In this document: piece by piece, positions 13,607 to 27,727 of the stretch | Layout: each line of letters opens with the position of its first letter | How positions within the stretch are numbered: the stretch's first letter is position 1 | Source of the DNA: Amoeboaphelidium protococcarum X5 | Taxonomy: Eukaryota > Fungi > Aphelidiomycota | Assembly: GCA_023515725.1 (NCBI GenBank) | Contig: JALDTO010000251.1 | Span: 682,001 to 746,000 of the forward strand | DNA length: 64,000 nt | Reading direction: 5' to 3' | Translations under genes and position numbers: made by a program | Notes under the pieces: generated by a model | Databases searched by the model: none | The model's input: the letters and a program-made list of their open reading frames with translations, nothing else | What the model was told of the DNA's origin: nothing

Positions 13607-14046
13607 AATGTTTTCAGTATTGTGAAGAAGAGTCCAACCCGGAAGGTAAAGTAAGATGATTTACTAGGTGTATAATCAAATCCTAATCAATCGCGATTTA
13701 CAGCGAAGACGATCAGCGAAAAGAGAAGATGATCGAATTCAACCGAATTCACCGCCTCAAGAACGTGTGTCCATTCGCTGTTATGTAGAAGCAGAATAAG
13801 TTTTATCTACAAGGTTTTTTGTGTTAGAGCGATTCTGAAAGCGAATTCTTTGCTATTGTGGACTTGAAGGTTTACAGCTCACTTTATCTATTATAGGCGC
13901 TTCTTATCTCTATGCAATTCTCAACGTCTTTCTTCTCTTCCCCTTCTTCACCTATCATTTACTCTTTATACGCGTTAACTAAATTGTAGTTTCCCTCTTT
14001 ATATTGTAGAAATTTAATTATTTCAACTGACTCCATATCTTCATAT

Positions 14047-16524
14047 ATGGCAAGTAAGAGAAAGTAATAGCATATTTATGGAGAGTCTGATGTGGAAGAA
14101 GAAGATGCGCAGAATGGTGGCGGAATACTATTTGATCCCTTCAAGCCAGTGAGTTTCGTTCCCACCACTTAAATGGATGATACCGTCAAGTCTGATGATA
14201 TGGATACTATAGATAATTAAGAAGGTGCTGAGGATTAGAGTTCATCATCTTCAGAAGATGATCACTCTGGTATAAATGCTGATAATAATGGTCAATAGTT
14301 TCAGTAGTATTAGTTACCGTTGCAGTTTGGTTCTAGCAAGTTAATGCTAGATTAGTCGGCATAATAGTAGTAGTAATTTGCAATGAAGGATGATGATTAA
14401 ATACAATATGAAGCCGCATTTAATACATAGAATGATATTGGAAGTTGGGAGAAGCGAACGAAAGGTATTGGAAGTAAATTGCTGTAGAAGATGGGATGGA
14501 AAGTGGGCAGTGGGATTGGTGCTAGTGATGATCGTAAAGGTATAGTCAATCCAGTTGAGGTGGAGCTGAGATAACGCGGTAAAGGTATTGGATTTGGTTA
14601 ATCTTAATCAAATTTTTAGTAATAATAACCGAGGTAATCGTAAAAGCAATAGTCTTCCAAGACTCAGAAAAAGTAAAAGATCGTATCAGATGATAATGAT
14701 GATGATGAAAGCATGTATGATAAGTCCTATGTTAGAAAGAGTGTTTAAAGTAAGTAATAGAAACGTAAAGTTCATTTCAAGACTGATTAGGGTGGTGGAG
14801 ATGTGTTGAAGATTTATGATTATACGGGACAAGATGTTGTTGAGCATACCAGCTTTCATGATATAAATCTTGGAGGTGATTCTGTATCCGGATTAGAGGA
14901 TAATGATGATGGTATGCAGCATGATGATCTGGGTAGATTGACTGAAATTGAAAAGATTGAAAGGAGATTAGATAATGCTGAACTAGTTTTAAAGTAATTA
15001 TAAGACTAGAAAGGTCGAGTACTGGATCAAATCGAGTATGCATAAGAGTAGCTATCTATTTTGTATTTGAGGTAATATAGTTATTCGTTAGTATAGTAGT
15101 TATTAGAAGAGTTTAGAGTCGCTTTTAATTCGCAAGATTAAGAGTAAAGGTTAATGGTGTCATAATATGATGAAATCTTTAATTAAATCTAAAATAATGA
15201 TGGTGACAAGCATTTGATTAGTGAGTGTCTGGTTGGAATAGTCTTGCCCGATTTCAAGAGAATGTTCTAGTAGTAGTCACCTCTTGTAGAGCAAGATTTA
15301 TCTCATTCGATTGAAAAGGAACTAATTGATACTGTATCATCGTGGACGTCTTTATTGAGAGTCGATAGTGAAGAAGTGGTTGAACATGAAGAGATTCAAG
15401 AGAGATAAATGACATCTTATGAGCATTTGATGTTTACCTGCTGGCTTCCGGTCGTTCGCCGTTATGCGATTAATCACCTAGATATTAAAGAGCCATAATT
15501 TTTGACTGATTTATTTATTAGATGGCAACAGATGGTACCTTAGGCTATAATGGATGATTTATTAGAGACCATAGTTTAGCCGATGATTATGGAAGAGCTC
15601 GAATTATTATAGGTCCAAGATGTTATGGGCTGGCTATTTTAATGGCTACCTTTTCTGGGGTAGAATCAACTGGAAGAAATTACAGAGTTTGTCGTTGGTG
15701 AACTTTAGAAATCGCTGCAGTAGGATGACATCTTTTTGGATTGTGGATTTGAGATTCTGGAGCCTTGGTTGGATGTTTTACATGGTGATACCATCGACAG
15801 ACTGGTTGATAATGTTGTCATCTCGAAACTAAGGCTATCATTGGTACATATAGACTTTGATACATTTGACTTACAGTTCTAAATACTGTTTAAATGGTTT
15901 CCGCTGCTAAGATCATCTGCTATTTTAAGTCTGATGAAGTAGTATTTTTATCCATAGTTAATGCATCATTGTTACAAACTGCTCAAAGATGGAGGGGATC
16001 ATAATGATGATGATAATAGTTTAGCTATAGATAAAGTACTCTAATAAAAGTCCAACATTCAGGCCTTATTCGCAGAGTATAAGCTCCTTATGCCGGAGAT
16101 TGAGTAGATGCTCAATGATGTCGTTGAAATGGTGAATTATAAATTACGTACAGGCTCGGTTGTGGGATTTATGGATGACCGCTTCTCCAAGCCATATCAA
16201 TAATAACATTCTGGCAGTATTAAATCATCATCATCATCTTAATCTAACAATAGAAGAAAGTTGATTAACGCACATCCTACACGTCTAAGCATGAAGGAAA
16301 CGTTGCGGTATCTGGCTGATAAGAATGGGATTCTCTTCTATCCTACAGGCTAGTTGGATCCTAGTGGCCGCGTTCTGTATAATTTTGGTGGTTAAATTAT
16401 ATTTACTGATGGTGATGTCATATATATACAAAAAGTGTCCAAGGATTCCAAGTCTGACTTTGAGCCCATATCATTCGATCAGCTGCTCTCAATCTCCTCA
16501 TCCCCTTTTAATTCCTCTACTTGA
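14047..16524 (+). CDS. TFIP11: Tuftelin-interacting protein 11 / Ntr1-Spp382 (G-patch + GCFC), 825 aa
   Basis: [34 protein letters not shown] G-patch, MTSYEHLMFTCWLPVVRR, and C-terminal ADKNGILFYP..GRVLYNFG. Confidence 0.88.
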
Positions 16525-16788
16525 TAAATCGCCTCGCTATTAATGTTACAACGAACAGTTTAAATATAAATATAAATAAATTTTTTATTTGTAGCTATGT
16601 CACAAGACTGATTGTCCGTCTGAGTACTCTGGGTGAGCTCCCATCAGCCGCCCTTGCAGGAAGAAGCATCTAAAGATCTTCTTGATTAAATCAGTAAGCA
16701 CAATCCACTTTCGCGAACCGGAACCTGGATAGCTCTCTTTCGCATCCAACTTGCTTCATACAAACAGTTTGAATAGAGTATAACTATC

Positions 16789-18148
16789 ATGATAAAACTA
16801 ATATTAACTTTTTTATTATTGTGTTCAACTTTTTTTGCTGCTGAGGAACAACAAATTTTAGATGATGACTTGGAAATGGGTTTGGGTGAGGAAACTGTGG
16901 AGTCTATACTTTCTAGTTATGATCAAATTAGTGTCAATGCTGAGAATAGACTGTTAACTAAACATGTGAAAGTTCTTGCGTACGTCACCCCATGGAACTC
17001 TCACGGCTATGATGTTGCTGTAAAGTTTAGATCAAAGTTTGACTTTATTAGTCCGGTATGGTTCCAGATTAGACCGCGGTAAATATGAATGAAACAGTTT
17101 TGTAAAGAGGTGTTCTCAGTTGTGATTGGATTGTGTTAGTGTAGGGATGGTGGTGGATATGATATAAATGGTGAACATGACGTTGATGCTCAATGGATTT
17201 AGCGAGTGAAACATGGTAATAATGAATCTTCCCAACAGTCCAGCATTGACGGTAGCCATATAGTTTAAATTATGCCCAGGTTTAGATTCGAGTTGCAGAG
17301 TTAGACTGACGCCATAAATATGCTAAAGGCAACCGATAATCCGTAGTTGGTCAAGTAATTAGTGAAGTCAATTGTAAAACTATGCTAAAAGAACAACTTT
17401 GATGGCATAGTTTTGGAAGTTGACTTGCCGTAATACTTTGTGGGTGTCATTTAGCTCATTTCAAAGCATCTGCGTAAAGATGGACTCGAATTGATTCTGG
17501 TAATTCCACCATCGACGCGTTTCAAGTCCTCACCTGGGTAGTAATCATAACAGATTATGCCATTCTCCTCTGTACACTTTTCACAATTATTCAATGATGT
17601 CAGCTACTTCTCCCTAATGACTTATGATTATTCGGGCAATGAATTACCTGGACCGAATGCTCCACTGAGTTGGATCTCTGATGAAGTTGATTTGCTTTGC
17701 GGTGAGCTCTCCGAATCCACTACCTAGAATGCTTGTGACAAAATTTTAGTGGGTATGAACATGTACGGGTACATATTTGATTCCAGTTCATCTGAAAAGT
17801 AAAGAGCAATCATTGGAACGCAATTCATTGATGAGTTGAAAACTTCTTCATAATACGCAGCTCACTGGGATGAGAATAATGAGGAATATAGATTTGAAAA
17901 TTCTATTCAAGGCACTGTGATATATTATCCAACTAAAAAGGTATATTTTTATTGTTATTCTATAGTTGTGTACTCCTACTCGTGTTCATTATGTAGTCTA
18001 TCAGGAAGCGCTTAGAATTCGTGTCGCGTTCCAAAACGGGTGTTTCTCTGTGGGAGATTGGTAAGTGTGGTATTGAAGCATCACAGTTTCGTTACAACTC
18101 TATTTTGGTGTAGGATAAGGATTGGACTATTTTTATGATATGTTTTGA
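16789..18148 (+). CDS. CHID1: Chitinase domain-containing protein 1 (GH18 SI-CLP type), 3 introns
   Basis: Signal peptide, [69 protein letters not shown]. Introns at 17079-17144, 17941-17996 and 18061-18113. Confidence 0.93.
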
Positions 18149-18575
18149 CTTCCGTGGTTAAAAATATAAGGAAAGCATTCATAAAATTATTTGGCTGTAT
18201 GGCTCGTTCATAATCACTATCGAAAGCGGTTGGCCTAAATGTTTACACCAACTCGCAACAGCATAACAAATTGAATTGTACAGTATTAGTTAATTTTCAT
18301 TGTTTTTAGTACAGGAATAATGAACTTTATTCACATATTACACTTTTGACACCTTCAGTTGTAGTGCTTTACCGAAGACCATCAAGACGATATTCGTAAA
18401 AATGGTTGTTGCGTAGTAACGCGCTAACAATTGCTAGATGAGCATCGATAGAGAGTGTACGAGCCTAACTATAGTAACAGCATGAAACAAACATGACCTT
18501 TGATCAAAAAGTACGTAGTTCTGAGATCCAATTATTATTGAGTTAATTAATATTCTAAAGCTATAATTTAATAAA

Positions 18576-21500
18576 ATGTCTTCATTGGGAACTGAGGGCA
18601 CTGAGAGTGGGAATGTATAGGTGATGAAGCAGAAATCTGAGCATTCAATGCTTGGTGAGTTGAAACTTGATGCCACCAAAATTGGCAAGTGCTTGAAACC
18701 TCAATCAAGCGATAGATTTGTGGTGAAGAAAACGTCATCTATCATTTATGGAACCATACCTGGTGTTGATCAAGGGAATGACAGTAGTGGAAATCAAGTC
18801 GCGCAATCTATAGTAACTGCATCCAGCGAGTCCATTGGCAATTCTGATAATGCTCAAGTTACTTCTTCACTTCTTTATAAGCAGGCATCAAATGCATCGG
18901 AAGCCTATGCACCAAGGAGACAGTCTTCGTTTGCTGATCGTTTGTTGTCACTATGGCAAACTAATGGTAAGCGGCCATCTAACGATTACTAAAATTCTGG
19001 TGATGAAGATTAGAAGTACGGGACCGCGCGTCGACGCAGTAAAACTTCAACTATTGATAGATTAAGTAAAGAATCAAGTCAGTGCTCCGATATTGATGTT
19101 AGACGTAAGCGAAGCTCCACGGGCGCCTCTGAATCAAGATAGATATTCATGAATACTAGCATCTTCAAGCAAGAGGGGTCGAATGATATACCGTGCAGTA
19201 TACCGATTATAACTCATGAGGTTAGTTTTGGTGATGATGGACTCATGGTTGCCGGTTTGAATGATCAAGAATTTACATCAAATGCTTTCTCATCTGGGAA
19301 ACCTCATATGCGATCCATTACTATTGTGTCGCCTGACGATTATAAACGTAACTCTCAAGATGCGTCTGGTGATTATGCAATGCGAGCACGGTCAAGTTCA
19401 TATGGTCATCAAAAGAGCAGATAGCCAAGTGCAGTTGATACTTGGATCAATGCAAACACGGTGAATAACTCTGATCGCCTCCGACACTCCAGTCTGGCAA
19501 CTTTCATCACAAAGAGTGAGAGCTGTGATGTTTATAAGCAGAAGACCAGGTACTCACTGGATTCTCTACGTGTACCTAGAAGATGGATGTCATTGAGAAA
19601 TGTCATTAGCGTATTTAATGTCATCATTTTGCTGATCGCTATACTGACCGTCACCCTGGTCAGCTTTTACTCTGGATCTGCATCTACTGCACTCGCCATA
19701 TCCTCAATGTCAAATACTACCATAAATAACGTGATGTTGAAGTTGGACGGGGCGTTCAGTGGCGCAGAGAGAATCAATATTTTCACAGAGTCCATCTACA
19801 GCTCGCCAGAGTATCCTATACACAATACTATGAGGGGATTGAGGCATTTGTATGCTCTGATGACATTTGGCACTTAAGATTACGATCAGATTTACGTCAT
19901 CGGACCTGATAATATGTTTGCCGGCGTCGCACTGGATTAGGACTATTCTACCGGTGAAATTGACTCCAAGCACATCTTGGTCAAGTATTTGAACAGGACC
20001 ACACGTCCAAACAGGTGGGTGGTACGCATTTAGAGCAATTGTATTTAGAATGACACCTCTTGCGTGCTGGATGCATTTTCGCCGTCTAATCCTCCACTGC
20101 AAGTAGCTAACTACTCTGCAATGAGTAGGCCCTTCTTTCGGTAGGCGATAGCTGCTGCACGTCCAGGCTATAGTTCTGTGTACACGTACGCTTAAGGTAT
20201 CACGTTTGGAATCACCGCAGTCCGGCCAGTATACTTTTAGTCGCGTTTACAGTTTGTCAGCGCTGTGGATATATCACTTGCTACGTTGGCCAAGTACTTT
20301 CAGGATGCGGCTGTATCACTCACTGGCGATACATCTTAGATACCACTATTTTTTGCTATAGAGAGACGCACAGGATATCTCGTGGCCACTTCATCAATAG
20401 ATATTCCCAATATGGGACCCACTGGTGACCGCATCTACGCAGAGTTGAGCACTTCCGAGTAGGTAAGATCAACAATTAGAAAGCTCAAGCAGATGTCTAA
20501 TGGATCCTTGCGGCAAATTGTATGGCCTGATAGTGGTGGTCCCATAGTGTTCGATGAAGCCAACTCTCATGTCATTGTGCAGCATTATTATCGAGGACAG
20601 GGAGATATTGACTGGGTGATGGTTGCTTATATCCCATACTCTGCATACAATGGCGATATACAGACAGCCCATTACGTTCTAATACCAATGGTGTCAGTGT
20701 TGGTATTCTTCTTATCTCTAATAGTGTCAGTTCTTGTCACTCGGGCAATTGGTAAGCCGTTGAAGCGAATCGCTCTTGAAATGCTCTCAGTTGCCGATCT
20801 CAACTTTGAGGACTTTGACAACACTGGAGATGCTTCAACTCATGGTGGTACAAATTAACAGTCATCATAAAAGTAGTAGTAATATAGCAGTCAAAAGGGC
20901 CTTCTTCCAATCAGCAGAAGGATATCCATGATGAGGAAGAGTCCGCTATTCAATTTTGATATCTATCTGAAAGAAGTCCAGTACCTTAGATCGGCCATGA
21001 GTGCAATGAAAACTGGTTTAAAGTCGTTTAGTAAATACGTCCCTCTGGATGTTGTCACCTTGCTAGTGAAGATGAAGAGAGAAGCGGTGCTGGGTGTGGA
21101 TGAAATGGAAATCACAGTCCTATTCTCTGACATTGTCAACTTTACATCTATTGCCGAGAAATTAGAGCCTAAAGTTCTCGTGTAAATGATGAAAGAATAT
21201 CTATCTGCCATGTCCGATATCTATATCCAGAATCAGGGACTGGTGGATAAGTATGTTGGAGATGCGATTGTAGCATTCTGGAATGCACCCCTTTCTGTGA
21301 AGGATCACGCCTCAATCTGCTGTAGTGCTGCATTGAAAAGTCGCCAGAGACTCATAGAGTTGTAATAAGAATGGGCAGCCAGAGGTCTACCAGACTTGAA
21401 CATGCGAATTGGAATTAATACTGGTAAAGCTCTGGTCGGAAACGTTGGCTCATCAACGCGACTTAATTACACCTGCCTCGGCGATAATGTCAACTTGGCA

Positions 21501-21887
21501 TCTCGCTGCGAATCTCTCAACAAACGATACGGCACTACGATTATGATCACTGAGTATACCAAGAACAAGTTGCATCAGAATTACTTTGTGACGCGTCCAC
21601 TTGATATCGTGATGGTTAGAGGTAAATCCACTCCAGTCAAGGTGTACGAACTCGTTGGATTCCGCAAGTTGATGAAAGACTCTACGCTGCAGGCTTACAA
21701 CGCGTATGAGCTAGCATTTGATGCCTTCACCAATGGACAGTTTAAAGAGGCATTGTATGGATTTGAGATGTTTAGCAATTATATCCCAAAAGATCAAGTC
21801 GTCCTGTAAAAAATTGAGACTTGTCGCAACTTTATCTCACGGCGGCCATCCTCCTGGAATCCCATTGTGCATATCGAAAGCAAGTGA
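18576..21887 (+). CDS. Membrane receptor-type class III adenylate cyclase (disordered N-terminus, TM, Cache-like sensor, TM, HAMP, cyclase), about 1103 aa, intronless
   Basis: LKSFSKYVP, ITVLFSDIVNFTSIAE, LVDKYVGDAIVAFWNAP, MRIGINTG..VGNVGS..RLNYTCLGDNVNLASRCESLNKRYGT. Two hydrophobic segments near 19600-19670 and 20675-20740. The start codon is less certain. Confidence 0.9.
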
Positions 21888-22246
21888 CCGTTGTTGATTG
21901 ATGTTAATAAGAATTTGATTCGCTTTCTTTTAAGGTTCCTACGTTTATTAAGCTGGTTGATTTAATACTATTGATGTATCTAATTGCCTTCCCTTATTTC
22001 ATTTTAATTCTGTCCAAGTTCACTAAACACAAATAGTAGTGAGATTTCAGCGAGCGTTTTGGCTTTGATTTCGTCTTCGGCCATTCTGCTCTTCTCTCTT
22101 TAAGCGATTATCCTTATCGCTCTGAGGTAGACGACTCTGTTACAATCTGTTATAGTCTTCAGATTTTCATATTTAAAGATTTGCATATTCTCATTATCAT
22201 TATCAGTTATAAATACCTTCTAATAAAGAGATAAAAGTGAATAATA

Positions 22247-24598
22247 ATGCAGACTTCAAGTGATCCAGCTGATTCTATTACGCTGGCCCAGCTCAAGTAG
22301 ATGGTAAAGAATATTCCGAGAAAGAAGGCTTCTCAGATTTAATTTAAATATGCTCCTGACAATGATAGTGATAGCATAGACACTATATTGAATGAATTCT
22401 TTACTATGGCAGATTTGATTGATATCAGGGAAGGTGAACGACTGTCAGAGTAGAATGTAGTGTGTTCCCGGGAGTTTAGTTCTCAAGATGAGAGTCGTAT
22501 CCAGTCGTGCATTGAATACTTGTTAGATGACTGTGTAGAGAAATTTGATTTCTGTTAAATACTGTTATGGTGGATAATACTAGGTAATTGTTCCGATGGC
22601 ATAGTAAGTAAATCAACTTTGTAGAACGCTTGTTCCTATGTCTCTGTTGACAGAGTTTAGACTATTGTGGAGTAACTCTTTGCCAACAACTCTGCTTAAT
22701 CTCCTAAATCGACTTACATTGACGTGATGATATCCATATACTATCTGCTTATATGCTTCCAATAATAACATTAATAGAAGTAGGAATCTGGTAGAGATAA
22801 ATCCTTTGAGGTGCAGTTAAAGTTTTATATGGTGTAACTTGGACGTGCACTGAAGGAGAGTTACGATTAGTTTCCACTCAAGAAAGTACTCCTCATTGTA
22901 CGCAAATTATTGCGCTTATCACTCGGCTAGTTTAAAGATATTAACAAGACTAAGAATATCATTCGTCAAGAGAATGGCTTATAGGAGTTTGATTTTGATA
23001 ATGAGCGCCGCACTAAGTTATACCCGTATGATTATTAGAAGGCTGTTAATGGGATGATTGAAAGATACGCCGCCCTGGATGGATTTCAAATTATGCAAAA
23101 TAGAGATGACAGACTTACCACTGTACTTAATCATGATCCATTTAAAGAGTTCACCGGAAGAGGAGTGCAATTGTAATCTACTGTCACCCCTCAATAGTAG
23201 TAGTAATAGACTCCATTGTCTCCACAATCTTCATAGTATGGAAGTCAGTCTCTATCAGCAGCAGGTAATGGCAATGAAAATGTTGCTACTCCATTAGATC
23301 CTGCGCCAGTTCTATTTACGAAAGTACCCAAGTCTATTGAAGAGGCTCTATAAGTGTAGTAGAAGAATTTATACATCCCATTATCACAATATCAGTAAAG
23401 CTAGGAGTGCAAGTTGGCAAAATCAATGGGTATCAGTTTTAGTGATCGCAGTATGTTTGCCGAGTAGTTATCCAGTGTACCGTACCTAATGAGTCTGCGT
23501 TAATATGGTGATCAAAGTCAAGGTAAGAGTAATTTGTTTTCATGCCAGTCACCTCAGTTGTCTAAAGTTAATCAGTTCTTTCATCAGAATTTATCATTGG
23601 TGGAAGAGTGTCTGGTGTCGTGCCTCAAGATTCTGCTCTCTTTGAATGGTTTACCCAATTAGAAGAATCTTGGAGCTGCTCTATAGAAGGTGGTGTAATT
23701 GTTTAAAGTTGATATAGCTGACGGTTAGTAGAAGAGTCAATCTGCACAGGCTCGTAATGCAGTTGAATTTTAGAGATAGAAGGAGATTGGCGCCAAAGTT
23801 GTCACATTTATAATCTTGCTGATTCTCAAGCACTCTAAAACTGTTCATAGTTGTCTCTTTGAACATTTGAGCTGTGTCTTGGTGGATTCTAATGCTATGA
23901 TTCTTATGTTATCAGTTTTGAATCAGAATATGACCACGTATCTGCTCAAGGAGGAAGAGTTTGATTTCCAAAAGTTCTTACTGTACATTCGGATTGATTT
24001 CAACGTGGACAATATCGATGGTGGAAATGGTGGTAGTGGAGACACGCTGAGTCTTGCACAGCCTGATACGGATAATGCCGGTGATGGTGATGAGGCGAGA
24101 GACAGTTTTGATGTGTTTGGCAAGTCGGCGATTGATAAATAGTCTGCCCAGTCTGCGCAGTAAATACAGTTTTGCAGTAGAAATTTTTACACTGTGATCA
24201 ATATTCTGAGAATAATGTAAAAGCTGGTGAAGAATAAGCAGGTGAGAACTGGTATGCTCATTTAGTATAAAACTCCATTGATTCTGAAAAAGATTGGCAA
24301 GATTGAGTAGTATGATTTGGACCGAATGTGTTATAAGTTATCGAAGAATATGGTTGGCGTACTTGGTAAGAAGTGGCGACAAAGTAACATGAAGACTGTC
24401 ACGGGGATATACACTCATACCCGCCCAGATATGAAAGATTACTGGACGCGTGATGTTGAAGGGGAATCGATGACGGAGGAGATGAAGATGAAGGACGCCA
24501 TTATGCGCAATATGTGCAAGTTTTATCTCGCTCGCTTCACCTCTAATTAAATTGATCCATCCACCGTCGATTCATCTCAGCTTTATATTGGAAATTGA
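22247..24598 (+). CDS. FAR11: STRIPAK subunit Far11/STRIP (N1221 + DUF3402), 783 aa
   Basis: DSITLAQLKQMV, FPLKKVLLIVRK, VPKSIEEA, RNFYTVINILRIMQKLVKNK, GKKWRQSNMKTVTGIY..RPDMKDYW. Confidence 0.88.
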
Positions 24599-24703
24599 AG
24601 TTAGTTTATATATATATTATTTTGTGTTTGCGTATTATCTTCACCATTGCATTTTTTGATTGCATCTTTTCTTTTGATCGAAAAGCGACCATTCAGCTAG
24701 AAT

Positions 24704-26121
24704 ATGTCAACTTTTTTATTGAGCAAACGAATGAGTGTAAGATATTTATCAATTTAATTGTTATGAAAATTAGAATTATGCTATTTTATTTTAGAATGTA
24801 GAGTGTTCTGGCATAGCGAAATGGATCGCTGTAGACAGTCACGCTGAATAGACCAAAGGCTTTGAATGCATTGAATGTGGAAATGATTGGCGCTCTGAGA
24901 GTAGAGTTGGAACATTTTTAGAATAATCGCGCAGCGTAGTGTCTACTGCTCAAGGGAGAAGGTAGAGCTTTCTGTGCTGGAGGTGATGTCAAGGCTGTGG
25001 TCACAGCTGCAGTTAACAAGATGCCTAATGCTAATCAGTTCTTCGCTAGGGAGTATTACGTGAATCATATGATTGGCACCCAGTCTAAGCCCATTGTGGC
25101 TCTACTGAATGGAATCACCATGGGAGGTGGTGTCGGACTGTCTGTACACGCGCCCATTAGAGTTGCCACTGAGAACTCAGTGTTTGCAATGCCAGAGACT
25201 GCAATTGGACTATTTCCCGATGTTGGTGGATCCTTCTTTTTACCACGACTCGATGGTAAGTTGGGGCTGTATTTGGCTTTGACTGGTGCTAGATTAAAAG
25301 CGCAAGATTTGGTATGGGCGGGTATTGCTACTCACTATGTGCCTTCTGTGAATTTGCCACTATTAGAAGAACGTCTACAACACCTGAACAGCGATAATCC
25401 TGAGGTGATATCAGATGCAATTGAGGAGTTCAGTGGCGAGTTGTCTTATGGTCAGTATTCTCTATAGAAGAATCAAGCACTGAGCGTTATCGATAAATGC
25501 TTCTCTTATGAGAGTATCTTTGATACTGTTGAGAATTTGTAGAAGGATGGCTCAGAATTCGCGCAGTAAACTCTTCAGACAATGATGAAGATGTCTCCAA
25601 TGAGTCTGCACATAACCACAAGATAGATGCGCGAAGGTAAGGAGTTGGATTTTCTATCCTGCTTTGAAATGGAGTACACTCTGGCTTCCAGAACTTTACT
25701 AGCTTTGCAGGGTGGTGATAAATGTCGAGATTTTTATGAAGGTGTACGTGCTCTATTGATTGATAAAGACAACAAGCCGCAATGGAATCCTAAATCTTTG
25801 CAAGACATCAAGCCAGAGGATGTCGATTGGTTCTTCAAGGAATTGGGTAATGATGATGGTAGTGAACTCTAAACTAGTTCCGAAGCTACTTTTGACGCGT
25901 ACCCATTCAACTTTGGTCTACCATCTGAATTCCAGATTGAATTGCAATTTGATGAACTCCCCACCGCGTCAAAGAAGAAGATTACCAGTTTAGAGGATTT
26001 GGTTGAAGAATTCAAACTGCGATTCCCCGTTTACAAGAGAAAGCATGGTGCAGTTGCCAAGTTGAAGCATGTCCTTGCCATGAAGATGAGTGCGACTAAA
26101 GGCATCTCTAGTAAAATGTGA
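24704..26121 (+). CDS. HIBCH: 3-hydroxyisobutyryl-CoA hydrolase, mitochondrial, one intron (24737-24801)
   Basis: TLNRPKALNAL, RAFCAGGDV, FFAREY, GITMGGGVGLSVH, FAMPETAIGLFPDVGGSFFLPRL, DFYEGVRALLIDKDNKPQW. Confidence 0.95.
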
Positions 26122-26250
26122 TAACTTCAAATTATAATATCTCATAAATATTTTACCTTTAACTTAAATATGTAGCTTTGCGTATTCTTTTAATTGGAAT
26201 CGTTGATCTCCTGAATTCTTCCATCACAAACAGGATAATCTTTGATCAAG

Positions 26251-26877
26251 ATGAAATACGAGTTCAAGATTGATAATGATGAGGTTGGTCGCGTGTAAAT
26301 ATCATCGTTGAGTGGTATTAAGAGCCCACTTTAGCTAAAGAAAGATGTAATGTCTGGAAAGGTGTCTGCAGCTTTAATCAAACGGTAGATGGTATACAAT
26401 GACACCATACTCAAATTGGCGATATATAATGCATTGGAGTCGCGTCATAGAAACACTCTCAAAGCCAACACCGTCTATGGCGAAATTATTTACAATCTAT
26501 CACCTGCGATGCATGTAAACTATAATTGTTTTGTTAATCAGCACATATGTAAAGTTTAAAATACGTATATGTAGGTGTCGGAAGCTTTTAAATACTTTGG
26601 CTTTGATGAGAAGGATGATGATTTGTTGGCGGTGGAAATACTCCCTATAGATGGAACAGAATCAGAGGTACATCATATTGATCAAATATAAATTTTATTC
26701 TAATTGATGTAATATCGAATGTAGTGGACAACTTAATACGCCAATTCTGTGTTTGATAGTGTCGAGTTCAGTCCTGACGTGTAAAAGCTAAAGCAAGTAT
26801 TTCGAATTCCTTCAGATACTGACAACAAAAAACTTGACAGATTCATAATTAGCTCGCTGGCCACAAAACATACATGA
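26251..26877 (+). CDS. CGI121: EKC/KEOPS subunit Cgi121/TPRKB, 2 introns (26515-26574, 26668-26724)
   Basis: LKANTVYGEIIYNLSPAMH|VSEAFKYFG, DVQKLKQVFRI, C-terminal IISSLATK. Absent from the standard-code ORF track. Confidence 0.85.
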
Positions 26878-26895
26878 TAATATCCTCTCTTTACA

Positions 26896-27231
26896 TCATT
26901 CTTTCTTTTATTACTAATTCAATTATTATTATTATTCTTCTTCTTCTCTGTCTTCCATAATCTTTATGCGTTCCCAACTGTCAGCTAGACTTTAAAACTT
27001 GCCAGGATCGCGTCTCAGTAACCGCTCCACTGCGTCATCAATGTCCATTCGCTCCTGCAGACGTTTCCTACTCTCACTCACTCGTATGTGTTCATCTACA
27101 TGATTTAATACATTTTATTGCAATATATCACTACTTGTATATATATAAAACTTACAAAAGTTGAATCTAATCAACAAGTATTCCATTGCAGATCCAGCTA
27201 GAAAGCCGCCAACTGCATAAGGCCAATACAT
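26896..27231 (-). CDS. Small single-TM protein, SMIM4/UQCC5-like, one intron (27096-27155)
   Basis: MYWPYAVGGFLAGSAMEYLLIRFNF|YEHIRVSESRKR.. The F..G..ME...I...FY pattern resembles SMIM4. The family call is from memory of the motif only. Confidence 0.6.
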
Positions 27232-27727
27232 TCTCGATTGCGCGTTTTGATTTCAGAAATAGTTATTAGGAGTCACTCCATGTTTAGTTGTCGAACAGTC
27301 AGGCGAAAAGATTCAAGAAAGTCATAAAAATGTTAATATCGTCAACTGCAAGTATTTAAACGAACATTTTTTCTTGAACATATTTTTGAGGACACGGATT
27401 CACTTTATCATACCATCAAATAATTAAACTCGTTCCGGAAAGCTGTATTATAATCAAATTGTGAAGCAGTGAAACTCGTTTGAAAAACTGACGCGTTTGC
27501 ATCAATGTCATAAAGTATCTTTGACCTGTCCTCAAAAGTACATTGTATCATTGCTCATTCCATTAAGCGCGTATCACTCAAATTTTCTCTCATATTACTC
27601 AATTTTATTCTGCTAAGCGGTATAATTCTACATGTGGGATACATTCCGTTGCCAAATGATACAATAAAAGCTTAAACCACGAAAACCAGAGTTCTATGTA
27701 TTGTACAGTCATAATATATTCAACAAT

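Noticed and set aside
16530-16788. GC-richer spacer as a possible tRNA/snRNA
   Set aside because: No cloverleaf, T-loop, Sm site or snRNA signature was recognisable.
18511-18560. Possible 5' intron (GTACGT...AAAG) extending the receptor cyclase upstream
   Set aside because: The acceptor does not match the TGTAG pattern and no convincing upstream coding exon was found.
27400-27712. Possible GTA...TGTAG intron (27628-27706, minus) and micro-ORF MTNYTAQQNKIEQYERKFE downstream of DPM3
   Set aside because: The product is only 19 aa with no support. It could be a DPM3 3' UTR intron but cannot be tested without RNA data.
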